Shown here one piece after another: positions 27,001 to 40,600 of a stretch of DNA of 64,000 nt. Origin of the DNA: Eledone cirrhosa. Its lineage: Eukaryota. The notes beneath the pieces are model-generated. The model did not search any database. It was not told the DNA's origin and worked only from the letters and a program-made list of their open reading frames with translations. The stretch spans positions 33,852,001 through 33,916,000 of the forward strand of contig OZ024740.1 in the NCBI GenBank assembly GCA_964016885.1, read 5' to 3'. The stretch's first letter is position 1. Each line of letters starts with the position of its first letter. The position numbers and the translations under genes are program-made.

Positions 27001-30000
27001 TCCAACTCTCTCTTACCATCAACCATCTTTACTGTTATCTTCTAACTCTCTCTTACCATCAACCATCTTTACTGCTATCTTCCAACTCTCTCTTACCATC
27101 AACCATCTTTACTGCTATCTTCTAACTCTCTCTTACCATCAACCATCTTTACTGCTATCTTCCAACTCTCTCTCTTACCATCAACCATCTTTACTGCTAT
27201 CTTCTAACTCTCTCTTACCATCAACCATCTTTACTGCTACCTTCCAACTCTCTCTTACCATCAACCATCTTTACTGCTATCTTCCAACTCTCTCTTACCA
27301 ATAACCATCTTTACTGCTATCTTCCAACTCTCTCTTACCATCAACCATCTTTACTGCTATCTTCCAACTCTCTCTTACCATCAACCATCTTTACTGTTAT
27401 CTTCTAACTCTCTCTTACCATCAACCATCTTTACTGCTATCTTCTAACTCTCTCTTATCCTTCAAACATCTTTACTGCTATCTTCCAACTCTCTCTCTTA
27501 CCATCAACCATCTTTACTGCTATCTTCCAACTGTCTCTTACCATCAACCATCTTTACTGCTACCTTCCAACTCTCTCTTACCATCAACCATCTTTACTGC
27601 TATCTTCCAACACTCTCTTACCATCAACCATCTTTACTGCTATCTTCCAACTCTCTCTTACCATCAACCATCTTTACTGCTATCTTCCAACTGTCTCTTA
27701 CCATCAACCATCTTTACTGCTATCTTCCAACTCTCTCTTACCATCAACCATCTTTACTGCTATCTTCCAACTCTCTCTTACCATCAACCATCTTTACTGC
27801 TATCTTCCAACTGTCTCTAACCATCAACCATCTTTACTGCTATCTTCCAACTCTCTCTTATCATCAACCATCTTTACTGCTATCTTCCAACTCTCTCTTA
27901 CCATCAACGATCTTTACTGCTATCTTCCAACTCTCTCTTACCAATAACCATCTTTACTGCTACCTTCCAACTCTCTCTTACCATCAACCATCTTTACTGC
28001 TATCTTCCAACTCTCTCTTACCATCAACCATCTTTACTGCTATCTTCCAACTCTCTCTTACCATCAACCATCTTTACTGCTATCTTCCAACTCTCTCTTA
28101 CCAATAACCATCTTTACTGCTATCTTCTAACTCTCTCTTACCATCAACCATCTTTACTGCTATCTTCCAACTCTCTCTTACCATCAACCATCTTTACTGC
28201 TACCTCCAACTCTCTCTTACCATCAACCATCTTTACTGCTATCTTCCAACTCTCTCTTACCATCAACCATCTTTACTGCTACCTTCCAACTCTCTCTTAC
28301 CATCAACCATCTTTACTGCTATCTTCCAACTCTCTCTTACCATCAACCATCTTTACTGCTACCTTCCAACTCTCTCTTACCATCAACCATCTTTACTGCT
28401 ATCTTCCAACTCTCTCTCTTACCATCAACCATCTTTACTGCTATCTTCCAACTCTCTCTTACCAATAACCATCTTTACTGCTATCTTCTAACTCTCTCTT
28501 ACCATCAACCATCTTTACTGCTATCTTCCAACTCTCTCTTACCAATAACCATCTTTACTGCCATCTTCCAACTCTCTCTTACCATCAACCATCTTTACTG
28601 CTATCTTCCAACTCTCTCTTACCGTCAACCATCTTTACTGCTATCTTCCAACTCTCTCTTACCAATAACCATCTTTACTGCTATCTTCTAACTCTCTCTT
28701 ACCATCAACCATCTTTACTGCTATCTTCCAACTCTCTCTTACCAATAACCATCTTTACCGCCATCTTCCAACTCTCTCTTACCATCAACCATCTTTTCTG
28801 CTATCTTCCAACTCTCGCTCTTACCATCAACCATCTTTACTGCTATCTTCCAACTCTCTCTTACCATCAACCATCTTTACTGCTATCTTCCAACTCTCTC
28901 TCTTACCATCAACCATCTTTACTGCTATCTTCCAACTCTCTCTTACCATCAACCATCTTTACTGCTATCTTCCAACTCTCTCTTACCGTCAACCATCTTT
29001 ACTGCCATCTTCCAACTCTCTCTTACCAATAACCATCTTTACTGCTATCCTCTAACTCTCTCTTACCATCAACCATCTTTACTGCTATCTTCCAACTCTC
29101 TCTTACCATCAACCATCTTTACTGCTATCTTCCAACTCTCTCTCTTACCATCAACCATCTTTACTGCTATCTTCCAACTCTCTCTTACCGTCAACCATCT
29201 TTACTGCTATCTTCCAACTCTCTCTTACCAATAACCATCTTTACTGCTATCCTCTAACTCTCTCTTACCATCAACCATCTTTACTGCTATCTTCCAACTC
29301 TCTCTTACCGTCAACCATCTTTACTGCTATCTTCCAACTCTCTCTTACCAATAACCATCTTTACTGCTATCTTCTAACTCTCTCTTACCATCAACCATCT
29401 TTACTGCTATCTTCCAACTCTCTCTTACCAATAACCATCTTTACTGCCATCTTCCAACTCTCTCTTACCATCAACCATCTTTACTGCTATCTTCCAACTC
29501 TCTCTTACCGTCAACCATCTTTACTGCTATCTTCCAACTCTCTCTTACCAATAACCATCTTTACTGCTATCTTCTAACTCTCTCTTACCATCAACCATCT
29601 TTACTGCTATCTTCCAACTCTCTCTTACCAATAACCATCTTTACCGCCATCTTCCAACTCTCTCTTACCATCAACCATCTTTTCTGCTATCTTCTAACTC
29701 TCTCTTACCAATAACCATCTTTACTGCTATCTTCTAACTCTCTCTTACCATCAACCATCTTTACTGCTATCTTCCAACTCTCTCTTACCAATAACCATCT
29801 TTACTGCCATCTTCCAACTCTCTCTTACCATCAACCATCTTTTCTGCTATCTTCCAACTCTCTCTTACCATCAACCATCTTTACTGCTATTTTCCAACTC
29901 TCTCTTACCAATAACCATCTTTACTGCTATCTTCCAACTCTCTCTTACCATCAACCATCTTTACTGCTATCTTCCAACTCTCTCTTACCATCAACCATCT

Positions 30001-31603
30001 TTACTGCTATCTTCCAACTCTCTCTTACCATCAAACATCTTTACTGCTATCTTCTAACTCTCTCTTACCAATAACCATCTTTACTGCTATCTTCTAACTC
30101 TCTCTTACCAATAACCATCTTTACTGCTATCTTCCAACTCTCTCTTACCATCAACCATCTTTACTGCTATATTCCAACTCTCTCTTACCATCAACCATCT
30201 TTACTGCTATCTTCCAACTCTCTCTTACCATCAACCATCTTTACTGCTAACTTCCAACTCTCTCTTACCATCAACCATCTTTACTGCTACCTTCCAACTC
30301 TCTCTTACCATCAAACATCTTTACTGCTATCTTCTAACTCTCTCTTACCAATAACCATCTTTATTGCTATCTTCTAACTCTCTCTTACCAATAACCATCT
30401 TTATTGCTATCTTCTAACTCTCTCTTACCAATAACCATCTTTACTGCTATCTTCCAACTCTCTCTTACCATCAACCATCTTTACTGCTATCTTCCAACTC
30501 TCTCTTACCATCAAACATCTTTTCTGCTATCTTCCAACTCTCTCTTACCATCAACCATCTTTACTGCCATCTTCCAACTCTCTCTTACCATCAACCATCT
30601 TTTCTGCTATCTTCCAACTCTTTCTCTTACCATCAACCATCTTTACTGCTATCTTCCAACTCTCTCTTACCATCAACCATCTTTACTGCTATCTTCTAAC
30701 TCTCTCTTACCAATAACCATCTTTACTGCCATCTTCCAACTCTCTCTTACCATCAACCATCTTTTCTGCTATCTTCCAACTCTCTCTTACCATCAACCAT
30801 CTTTACTGCCATCTTCCAACTCTCTCTTACCATCAACCATCTTTTCTGCTATCTTCCAACTCTCTCTCTTACCATCAACCATCTTTACTGCTATCTTCCA
30901 ACTCTCTCTTACCATCAACCATCTTTACTGCTATCTTCTAACTCTCTCTTACCATCAACCATCTTTACTGCTATCTTCCAACTCTCTCTCTTACCATCAA
31001 CCATCTTTACTGCTATCTTCCAACTCTCTCTTACCATCAACCATCTTTTCTGCTATCTTCCAACTCTCTCTCTTACCATCAACCATCTTTACTGCTATCT
31101 TCCAACTCTCTCTTACCATCAACCATCTTTACTGCTATCTTCTAACTCTCTCTTACCATCAACCATCTTTACTGCTATCTTCCAACTCTCTCTCTTACCA
31201 TCAACCATCTTTACTGCTATCTTCTAACTCTCTCTTACCATCAACCATCTTTACTGCTACCTTCCAACTCTCTCTTACCATCAACCATCTTTTCTGCTAT
31301 CTTCTAACTCTCTCTTACCATCAACCATCTTTACTGCTATTTTCCAACTCTCTCTTACCATCAACCATCTTTACTGCTATTTTCCAACTCTCTCTTACCA
31401 ATAACCATCTTTACTGCTATCTTCCAACTCTCTCTTACCATCAACCATCTTTACTGCTATCTTCCAACTCTCTCTTACCATCAACCATCTTTACTGCTAT
31501 CTTCCAACTCTCTCTTACCATCAAACATCTTTACTGCTATCTTCTAACTCTCTCTTACCAATAACCATCTTTACTGCTATCTTCTAACTCTCTCTTACCA
31601 ATA

Positions 31604-34600
31604 ACCATCTTTACTGCTATCTTCCAACTCTCTCTTACCAATAACCATCTTTACTGCTATCTTCCAACTCTCTCTTACCATCAACCATCTTTACTGCTAT
31701 CTTCCAACTCTCTCTTACCATCAACCATCTTTACTGTTATCTTCTAACTCTCTCTTACCATCAACCATCTTTACTGCTATCTTCTAACTCTCTCTTATCC
31801 TTCAAACATCTTTACTGCTATCTTCCAACTCTCTCTCTTACCATCAACCATCTTTACTGCTATCTTCCAACTCTCTCTTACCATCAACCATCTTTACTGC
31901 TACCTTCCAACTTTCTCTTACCATCAACCATCTTTACTGCTATCTTCCAACACTCTCTTACCATCAACCATCTTTACTGCTATCTTCCAACTCTCTCTTA
32001 CCATCAACCATCTTTACTGCTATCTTCCAACTGTCTCTTACCATCAACCATCTTTACTGCTATCTTCCAACTCTCTCTTACCATCAACCATCTTTACTGC
32101 TATCTTCAAACTCTCTCTTACCATCAACCATCTTTACTGCTATCTTCCAACTGTCTCTAACCATCAACCATCTTTACTGCTATCTTCCAACTCTCTCTTA
32201 TCATCAACCATCTTTACTGCTATCTTCCAACTCTCTCTTACCATCAACCATCTTTACTGCTATCTTCCAACTCTCTCTTACCAATAACCATCTTTACTGC
32301 TACCTTCCAACTCTCTCTTACCATCAACCATCTTTACTGCTATCTTCCAACTCTCTCTTACCATCAACCATCTTTACTGCTATCTTCCAACTCTCTCTTA
32401 CCATCAACCATCTTTACTGCTATCTTCCAACTCTCTCTTACCAATAACCATCTTTACTGCTATCTTCTAACTCTCTCTTACCATCAACCATCTTTACTGC
32501 TATCTTCTAACTCTCTCTTACCATCAACCATCTTTACTGCTATCTTCCAACTCTCTCTTACCATCAACTATCTTTACTGCCATCTTCCAACTCTCTCTTA
32601 CCATCAACCATCTTTACTGCTATCTTCCAACTCTCTCTCTTACCATCAACCATCTTTACTGCTACCTCCAACTCTCTCTTACCATCAACCATCTTTACTG
32701 CTATCTTCCAACTCTCTCTTACCATCAACCATCTTTACTGCTACCTTCCAACTCTCTCTTACCATCAACCATCTTTACTGCTATCTTCCAACTCTCTCTT
32801 ACCATCAACCATCTTTACTGCTACCTTCCAACTCTCTCTTACCATCAACCATCTTTACTGCTATCTTCCAACTGTCTCTTACCATCAACCATCTTTACTG
32901 CTATCTTCCAACTCTCTCTTACCATCAACCATCTTTACTGCTATCTTCCAACTGTCTCTAACCATCAACCATCTTTACTGCTATCTTCCAACTCTCTCTT
33001 ACCATCAACCATCTTTACTGCTATCTTCCAACGCTCTCTTACCATCAACCATCTTTACTGCTATCTTCCAACTCTCTCTTACCAATAACCATCTTTACTG
33101 CTATCTTCTAACTCTCTCTTACCATCAACCATCTTTACTGCTATCTTCCAACTCTCTCTTACCAATAACCATCTTTACTGCCATCTTCCAACTCTCTCTT
33201 ACCATCAACCATCTTTTCTGCTATCTTCCAACTCTCTCTCTTACCATCAACCCTCTTTACTGCTATCTTCCAACTCTCTCTTACCATCAACCATCTTTAC
33301 TGCTATCTTCTAACTCTCTCTTACCATCAACCATCTTTACTGCTATCTTCCAACTCTCTCTCTTACCATCAACCATCTTTACTGCTATCTTCTAACTCTC
33401 TCTTACCATCAACCATCTTTACTGCTACCTTCCAACTCTCTCTTACCATCAACCATCTTTACTGCTACCTTCCAACTCTCTCTTACCATCAACCATCTTT
33501 AATGCTATCTTCTAACTCTCTCTTACCATCAACCATCTTTACTGCTATCTTCCAACTCTCTCTTACCAATAACCATCTTTACTGCTATCTTCCAACTGTC
33601 TCTTACCATCAACCATCTTTACTGCTATCTTCTAACTCTCTCTTACCAATAACCATCTTTACTGCTATCTTCCAACTCTCTCTTACCATCAACCATCTTT
33701 ACTGCTATCTTCCAACTCTCTCTTACCAATAACCATCTTTACTGCTATCTTCCAACTCTCTCTTACCATCAACCATCTTTACTGCTATCTTCCAACTCTC
33801 TCTTACCATCAACCATCTTTACTGCTATCTTCCAACTCTCTCTTACCATCAACCATCTTTACTGCTATCTTCTAACTCTCTCTTACCATCAACCATCTTT
33901 ACTGCTACCTTCCAACTCTCTCTTACCATCAACCATCTTTACTGCTATCTTCCAACTCTCTCTTACCATCAACCATCTTTACTGCTATCTTCCAACTCTC
34001 TCTTACCATCAACCATCTTTACTGCTATCTTCCGACTCTCTCTTACCATCAACCATCTTTACTGCTATCTTCCAACTCTCTCTTACCATCAACCATCTTT
34101 ACTGCTATCTTCCAACTCTCTCTTACCATCAACCATCTTTACTGCTATCTTCCAACTCTCTCTTACCATCAACCATCTTTACTGCTATCTTCCAACTCTC
34201 TCTTACCATCAACCATCTTTACTGTTATCTTCTAACTCTCTCTTACCATCAACCATCTTTACTGCTATCTTCTAACTCTCTCTTATCCTTCAAACATCTT
34301 TACTGCTATCTTCCAACTCTCTCTCTTACCATCAACCATCTTTACTGCTATCTTCCAACTCTCTCTTACCATCAACCATCTTTACTGCTACCTTCCAACT
34401 TTCTCTTACCATCAACCATCTTTACTGCTATCTTCCAACACTCTCTTACCATCAACCATCTTTACTGCTATCTTCCAACTCTCTCTTACCATCAACCATC
34501 TTTACTGCTATCTTCCAACTGTCTCTTACCATCAACCATCTTTACTGCTATCTTCCAACTCTCTCTTACCATCAACCATCTTTACTGCTATCTTCAAACT

Positions 34601-37600
34601 CTCTCTTACCATCAACCATCTTTACTGCTATCTTCCAACTGTCTCTAACCATCAACCATCTTTACTGCTATCTTCCAACTCTCTCTTATCATCAACCATC
34701 TTTACTGCTATCTTCCAACTCTCTCTTACCATCAACCATCTTTACTGCTATCTTCCAACTCTCTCTTACCAATAACCATCTTTACTGCTACCTTCCAACT
34801 CTCTCTTACCATCAACCATCTTTACTGCTATCTTCCAACTCTCTCTTACCATCAACCATCTTTACTGCTATCTTCCAACTCTCTCTTACCATCAACCATC
34901 TTTACTGCTATCTTCCAACTCTCTCTTACCAATAACCATCTTTACTGCTATCTTCTAACTCTCTCTTACCATCAACCATCTTTACTGCTATCTTCTAACT
35001 CTCTCTTACCATCAACCATCTTTACTGCTATCTTCCAACTCTCTCTTACCATCAACTATCTTTACTGCCATCTTCCAACTCTCTCTTACCATCAACCATC
35101 TTTACTGCTATCTTCCAACTCTCTCTCTTACCATCAACCATCTTTACTGCTACCTCCAACTCTCTCTTACCATCAACCATCTTTACTGCTATCTTCCAAC
35201 TCTCTCTTACCATCAACCATCTTTACTGCTACCTTCCAACTCTCTCTTACCATCAACCATCTTTACTGCTATCTTCCAACTCTCTCTTACCATCAACCAT
35301 CTTTACTGCTACCTTCCAACTCTCTCTTACCATCAACCATCTTTACTGCTATCTTCCAACTGTCTCTTACCATCAACCATCTTTACTGCTATCTTCCAAC
35401 TCTCTCTTACCATCAACCATCTTTACTGCTATCTTCCAACTGTCTCTAACCATCAACCATCTTTACTGCTATCTTCCAACTCTCTCTTACCATCAACCAT
35501 CTTTACTGCTATCTTCCAACGCTCTCTTACCATCAACCATCTTTACTGCTATCTTCCAACTCTCTCTTACCAATAACCATCTTTACTGCTATCTTCTAAC
35601 TCTCTCTTACCATCAACCATCTTTACTGCTATCTTCCAACTCTCTCTTACCAATAACCATCTTTACTGCCATCTTCCAACTCTCTCTTACCATCAACCAT
35701 CTTTTCTGCTATCTTCCAACTCTCTCTCTTACCATCAACCCTCTTTACTGCTATCTTCCAACTCTCTCTTACCATCAACCATCTTTACTGCTATCTTCTA
35801 ACTCTCTCTTACCATCAACCATCTTTACTGCTATCTTCCAACTCTCTCTCTTACCATCAACCATCTTTACTGCTATCTTCTAACTCTCTCTTACCATCAA
35901 CCATCTTTACTGCTACCTTCCAACTCTCTCTTACCATCAACCATCTTTACTGCTACCTTCCAACTCTCTCTTACCATCAACCATCTTTAATGCTATCTTC
36001 TAACTCTCTCTTACCATCAACCATCTTTACTGCTATCTTCCAACTCTCTCTTACCAATAACCATCTTTACTGCTATCTTCCAACTGTCTCTTACCATCAA
36101 CCATCTTTACTGCTATCTTCTAACTCTCTCTTACCAATAACCATCTTTACTGCTATCTTCCAACTCTCTCTTACCATCAACCATCTTTACTGCTATCTTC
36201 CAACTCTCTCTTACCAATAACCATCTTTACTGCTATCTTCCAACTCTCTCTTACCATCAACCATCTTTACTGCTATCTTCCAACTCTCTCTTACCATCAA
36301 CCATCTTTACTGCTATCTTCCAACTCTCTCTTACCATCAACCATCTTTACTGCTATCTTCTAACTCTCTCTTACCATCAACCATCTTTACTGCTACCTTC
36401 CAACTCTCTCTTACCATCAACCATCTTTACTGCTATCTTCCAACTCTCTCTTACCATCAACCATCTTTACTGCTATCTTCCAACTCTCTCTTACCATCAA
36501 CCATCTTTACTGCTATCTTCCGACTCTCTCTTACCATCAACCATCTTTACTGCTATCTTCCAACTCTCTCTTACCATCAACCATCTTTACTGCTATCTTC
36601 CAACTCTCTCTTACCATCAACCATCTTTACTGCTATCTTCCAACTCTCTCTTACCATCAACCATCTTTACTGCTATCTTCCAACTCTCTCTTACCATCAA
36701 CCATCTTTACTGCTATCTTCTAACTCTCTCTTATCCTTCAAACATCTTTACTGCTATCTTCCAACTCTCTCTTACCAATAACCGTCTTTACTGCTATCTT
36801 CTAACTCTCCCTTACCATCAACCATCTTTACTGCTATCTTCCAACTCTCTCTTACCAATAACCATCTTTACTGCCATCTTCCAACTCTCTCTTACCATCA
36901 ACCATCTTTACTGCTATCTTCCAACTCTCTCTTACCATCAACTATCTTTACTGCTATCTTCCAACTCTCTCTTACCATCAACCATCTTTACTGCTAACTT
37001 CCAACTCTCTCTTACCAATAACCATCTTTACTGCTATCTTCTAACTCTCTCTTACCATCAACCATCTTTACTGCTATCTTCCAACTCTCTCTTACCATCA
37101 ACCATCTTTACTGTTATCTTCTAACTCTCTCTTACCATCAACCATCTTTACTGCTATCTTCCAACTCTCTCTTACCATCAACCATCTTTACTGCTATCTT
37201 CTAACTCTCTCTTACCATCAACCATCTTTACTGCTATCTTCCAACTCTCTCTCTTACCATCAACCATCTTTACTGCTATCTTCTAACTCTCTCTTACCAT
37301 CAACCATCTTTACTGCTACCTTCCAACTCTCTCTTACCATCAACCATCTTTACTGCTATCTTCCAACTCTCTCTTACCAATAACCATCTTTACTGCTATC
37401 TTCCAACTCTCTCTTACCATCAACCATCTTTACTGCTATCTTCCAACTCTCTCTTACCATCAACCATCTTTACTGTTATCTTCTAACTCTCTCTTACCAT
37501 CAACCATCTTTACTGCTATCTTCTAACTCTCTCTTATCCTTCAAACATCTTTACTGCTATCTTCCAACTCTCTCTCTTACCATCAACCATCTTTACTGCT

Positions 37601-40600
37601 ATCTTCCAACTGTCTCTTACCATCAACCATCTTTACTGCTACCTTCCAACTCTCTCTTACCATCAACCATCTTTACTGCTATCTTCCAACACTCTCTTAC
37701 CATCAACCATCTTTACTGCTATCTTCCAACTCTCTCTTACCATCAACCATCTTTACTGCTATCTTCCAACTGTCTCTTACCATCAACCATCTTTACTGCT
37801 ATCTTCCAACTCTCTCTTACCATCAACCATCTTTACTGCTATCTTCCAACTCTCTCTTACCATCAACCATCTTTACTGCTATCTTCCAACTGTCTCTAAC
37901 CATCAACCATCTTTACTGCTATCTTCCAACTCTCTCTTATCATCAACCATCTTTACTGCTATCTTCCAACTCTCTCTTACCATCAACCATCTTTACTGCT
38001 ATCTTCCAACTCTCTCTTACCAATAACCATCTTTACTGCTACCTTCCAACTCTCTCTTACCATCAACCATCTTTACTGCTATCTTCCAACTCTCTCTTAC
38101 CGTCAACCATCTTTACTGCTATCTTCCAACTCTCTCTTACCAATAACCATCTTTACTGCTATCTTCTAACTCTCTCTTACCATCAACCATCTTTACTGCT
38201 ATCTTCCAACTCTCTCTTACCAATAACCATCTTTACTGCCATCTTCCAACTCTCTCTTACCATCAACCATCTTTTCTGCTATCTTCCAACTCTCTCTCTT
38301 ACCATCAACCCTCTTTACTGCTATCTTCCAACTCTCTCTTACCATCAACCATCTTTACTGCTATCTTCTAACTCTCTCTTACCATCAACCATCTTTACTG
38401 CTACCTTCCAACTCTCTCTTACCATCAACCATCTTTACTGCTATCTTCCAACTCTCTCTTACCAATAACCATCTTTACTGCTATCTTCCAACTCTCTCTT
38501 ACCATCAACCATCTTTACTGCTATTTTCCAACTCTCTCTTACCATCAACCATCTTTACTGCTATCTTCCAACTCTCTCTTACCATCAACTATCTTTACTG
38601 CTATCTTCCAACTCTCTCTTACCATCAACCATCTTTACTGCTACCTTCCAAGTCTCTCTTACCATCAACCATCTTTACTGCTATCTTCCAACTCTCTCTT
38701 ACCATCAACCATCTTTACTGCTATCTTCCAACTCTCTCTTACCATCAACTATCTTTACTGCTATCTTCCAACTCTCTCTTACCATCAACCATCTTTACTG
38801 CTAACTTCCAACTCTCTCTTACCAATAACCATCTTTACTGCTATCTTCCAACTCTCTCTTACCATCAACCATCTTTACTGCTATCTTCCAACTCTCTCTT
38901 ACCATCAACCATCTTTACTGCTATCTTCCGACTCTCTCTTACCATCAACCATCTTTACTGCTATCTTCCAACTCTCTCTTACCATCAACCATCTTTACTG
39001 CTATCTTCCAACTCTCTCTTACCATCAACCATCTTTACTGCTATCTTCCAACTCTCTCTTACCATCAATCATCTTTACTGCTATCTTCCAACTCTCTCTT
39101 ACCGTCAACCATCTTTACTGCTACCTTCCAACTCTCACTTACCATCAACCATCTTTACTGCTATCTTCCAACTCTCTCTTACCATCAACCATCTTTACTG
39201 CTATCTTCCAACTCTCTCTTACCATCAACCATCTTTACTGCTATCTTCCAACTCTCTCTTACCATCAACCATCTTTACTGCTATCTTCCAACTCTCTCTT
39301 ACCATCAATCATCTTTACTGCTATCTTCCAACTCTCTCTTACCGTCAACCATCTTTACTGCTACCTTCCAACTCTCACTTACCATCAACCATCTTTACTG
39401 CTATCTTCCAACTCTCTCTTACCATCAACCATCTTTACTGCTATCTTCCAACTCTCTCTTACCATCAACCATCTTTACTGCTATCTTCCAACTCTCTCTT
39501 ACCATCAACCATCTTTACTGCTATCTTCCAACTCTCTCTTACCATCAACCATCTTTACTGCTATCTTCCAACTCTCTCTTACCAATAACCCTCTTTACTG
39601 CTATCTTCTAACTCTCTCTTACCATCAACCATCTTTACTGCTATCTTCAAACTCTCTCTTACCATCTTTACTGCTATCTTCTAACTCTCTCTTACCATCA
39701 ACCATCTTTACTGCTATCTTCCAACTCTCTCTTACCATCTTTACTGCTATCTTCTAACTCTCTCTTACCATCAACCATCTTTACTGCTATCTTCCAACTC
39801 TCTCTTACCATCTTTACTGCTATCTTCTAACTCTCTCTTACCATCAACCATCTTTTCTGCTATCTTCCAACTCTCTCTCTTACCATCAACCATCTTTACT
39901 GCTATCTTCCAACTCTCTCTTACCATCAACCATCTTTACTGCTATCTTCTAACTCTCTCTTACCATCAACCATCTTTACTGCTATCTTCCAACTCTCTCT
40001 CTTACCATCAACCATCTTTACTGCTATCTTCTAACTCTCTCTTACCATCAACCATCTTTACTGCTATCTTCCAACTCTCTCTCTTACCATCAACCATCTT
40101 TACTGCTATCTTCTAACTCTCTCTTACCATCAACCATCTTTTCTGCTATCTTCCAACTCTCTCTCTTACCATCAACCATCTTTACTGCTATCTTCTAACT
40201 CTCTCTTACCATCAACCATCTTTACTGCTATCTTCCAACTCTCTCTCTTACCATCAACCATCTTTACTGCTATCTTCTAACTCTCTCTTACCATCAACCA
40301 TCTTTTCTGCTATCTTCCAACTCTCTCTCTTACCATCAACCATCTTTACTGCTATCTTCCAACTCTCTCTTACCATCTTTACTGCTATCTTCTAACTCTC
40401 TCTTACCATCAACCATCTTTTCTGCTATCTTCCAACTCTCTCTCTTACCATCAACCATCTTTACTGCTACCTTCCAACTCTCTCTTACCATCAACCATCT
40501 TTACTGATATCTTCCAACTCTCTCTTACCAATAACCATCTTTACTGCTATCTTCCAACTCTCTCTCTTACCATCAACCATCTTTACTGCTATCTTCCAAC

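Larger units (their letters stand above)
15765..31603 (+). repeat. Super-repeat copy A (15,839 bp, about 396 monomers)
   Basis: TTTAATGC markers (ORF starts 17663/20151/25591) recur at 33502/35990/41430. AACAC 16110/18598/21849 recurs at 31949/34437/37688. AAGTC 22813 recurs at 38652. All offsets are +15,839. Confidence 0.92.
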
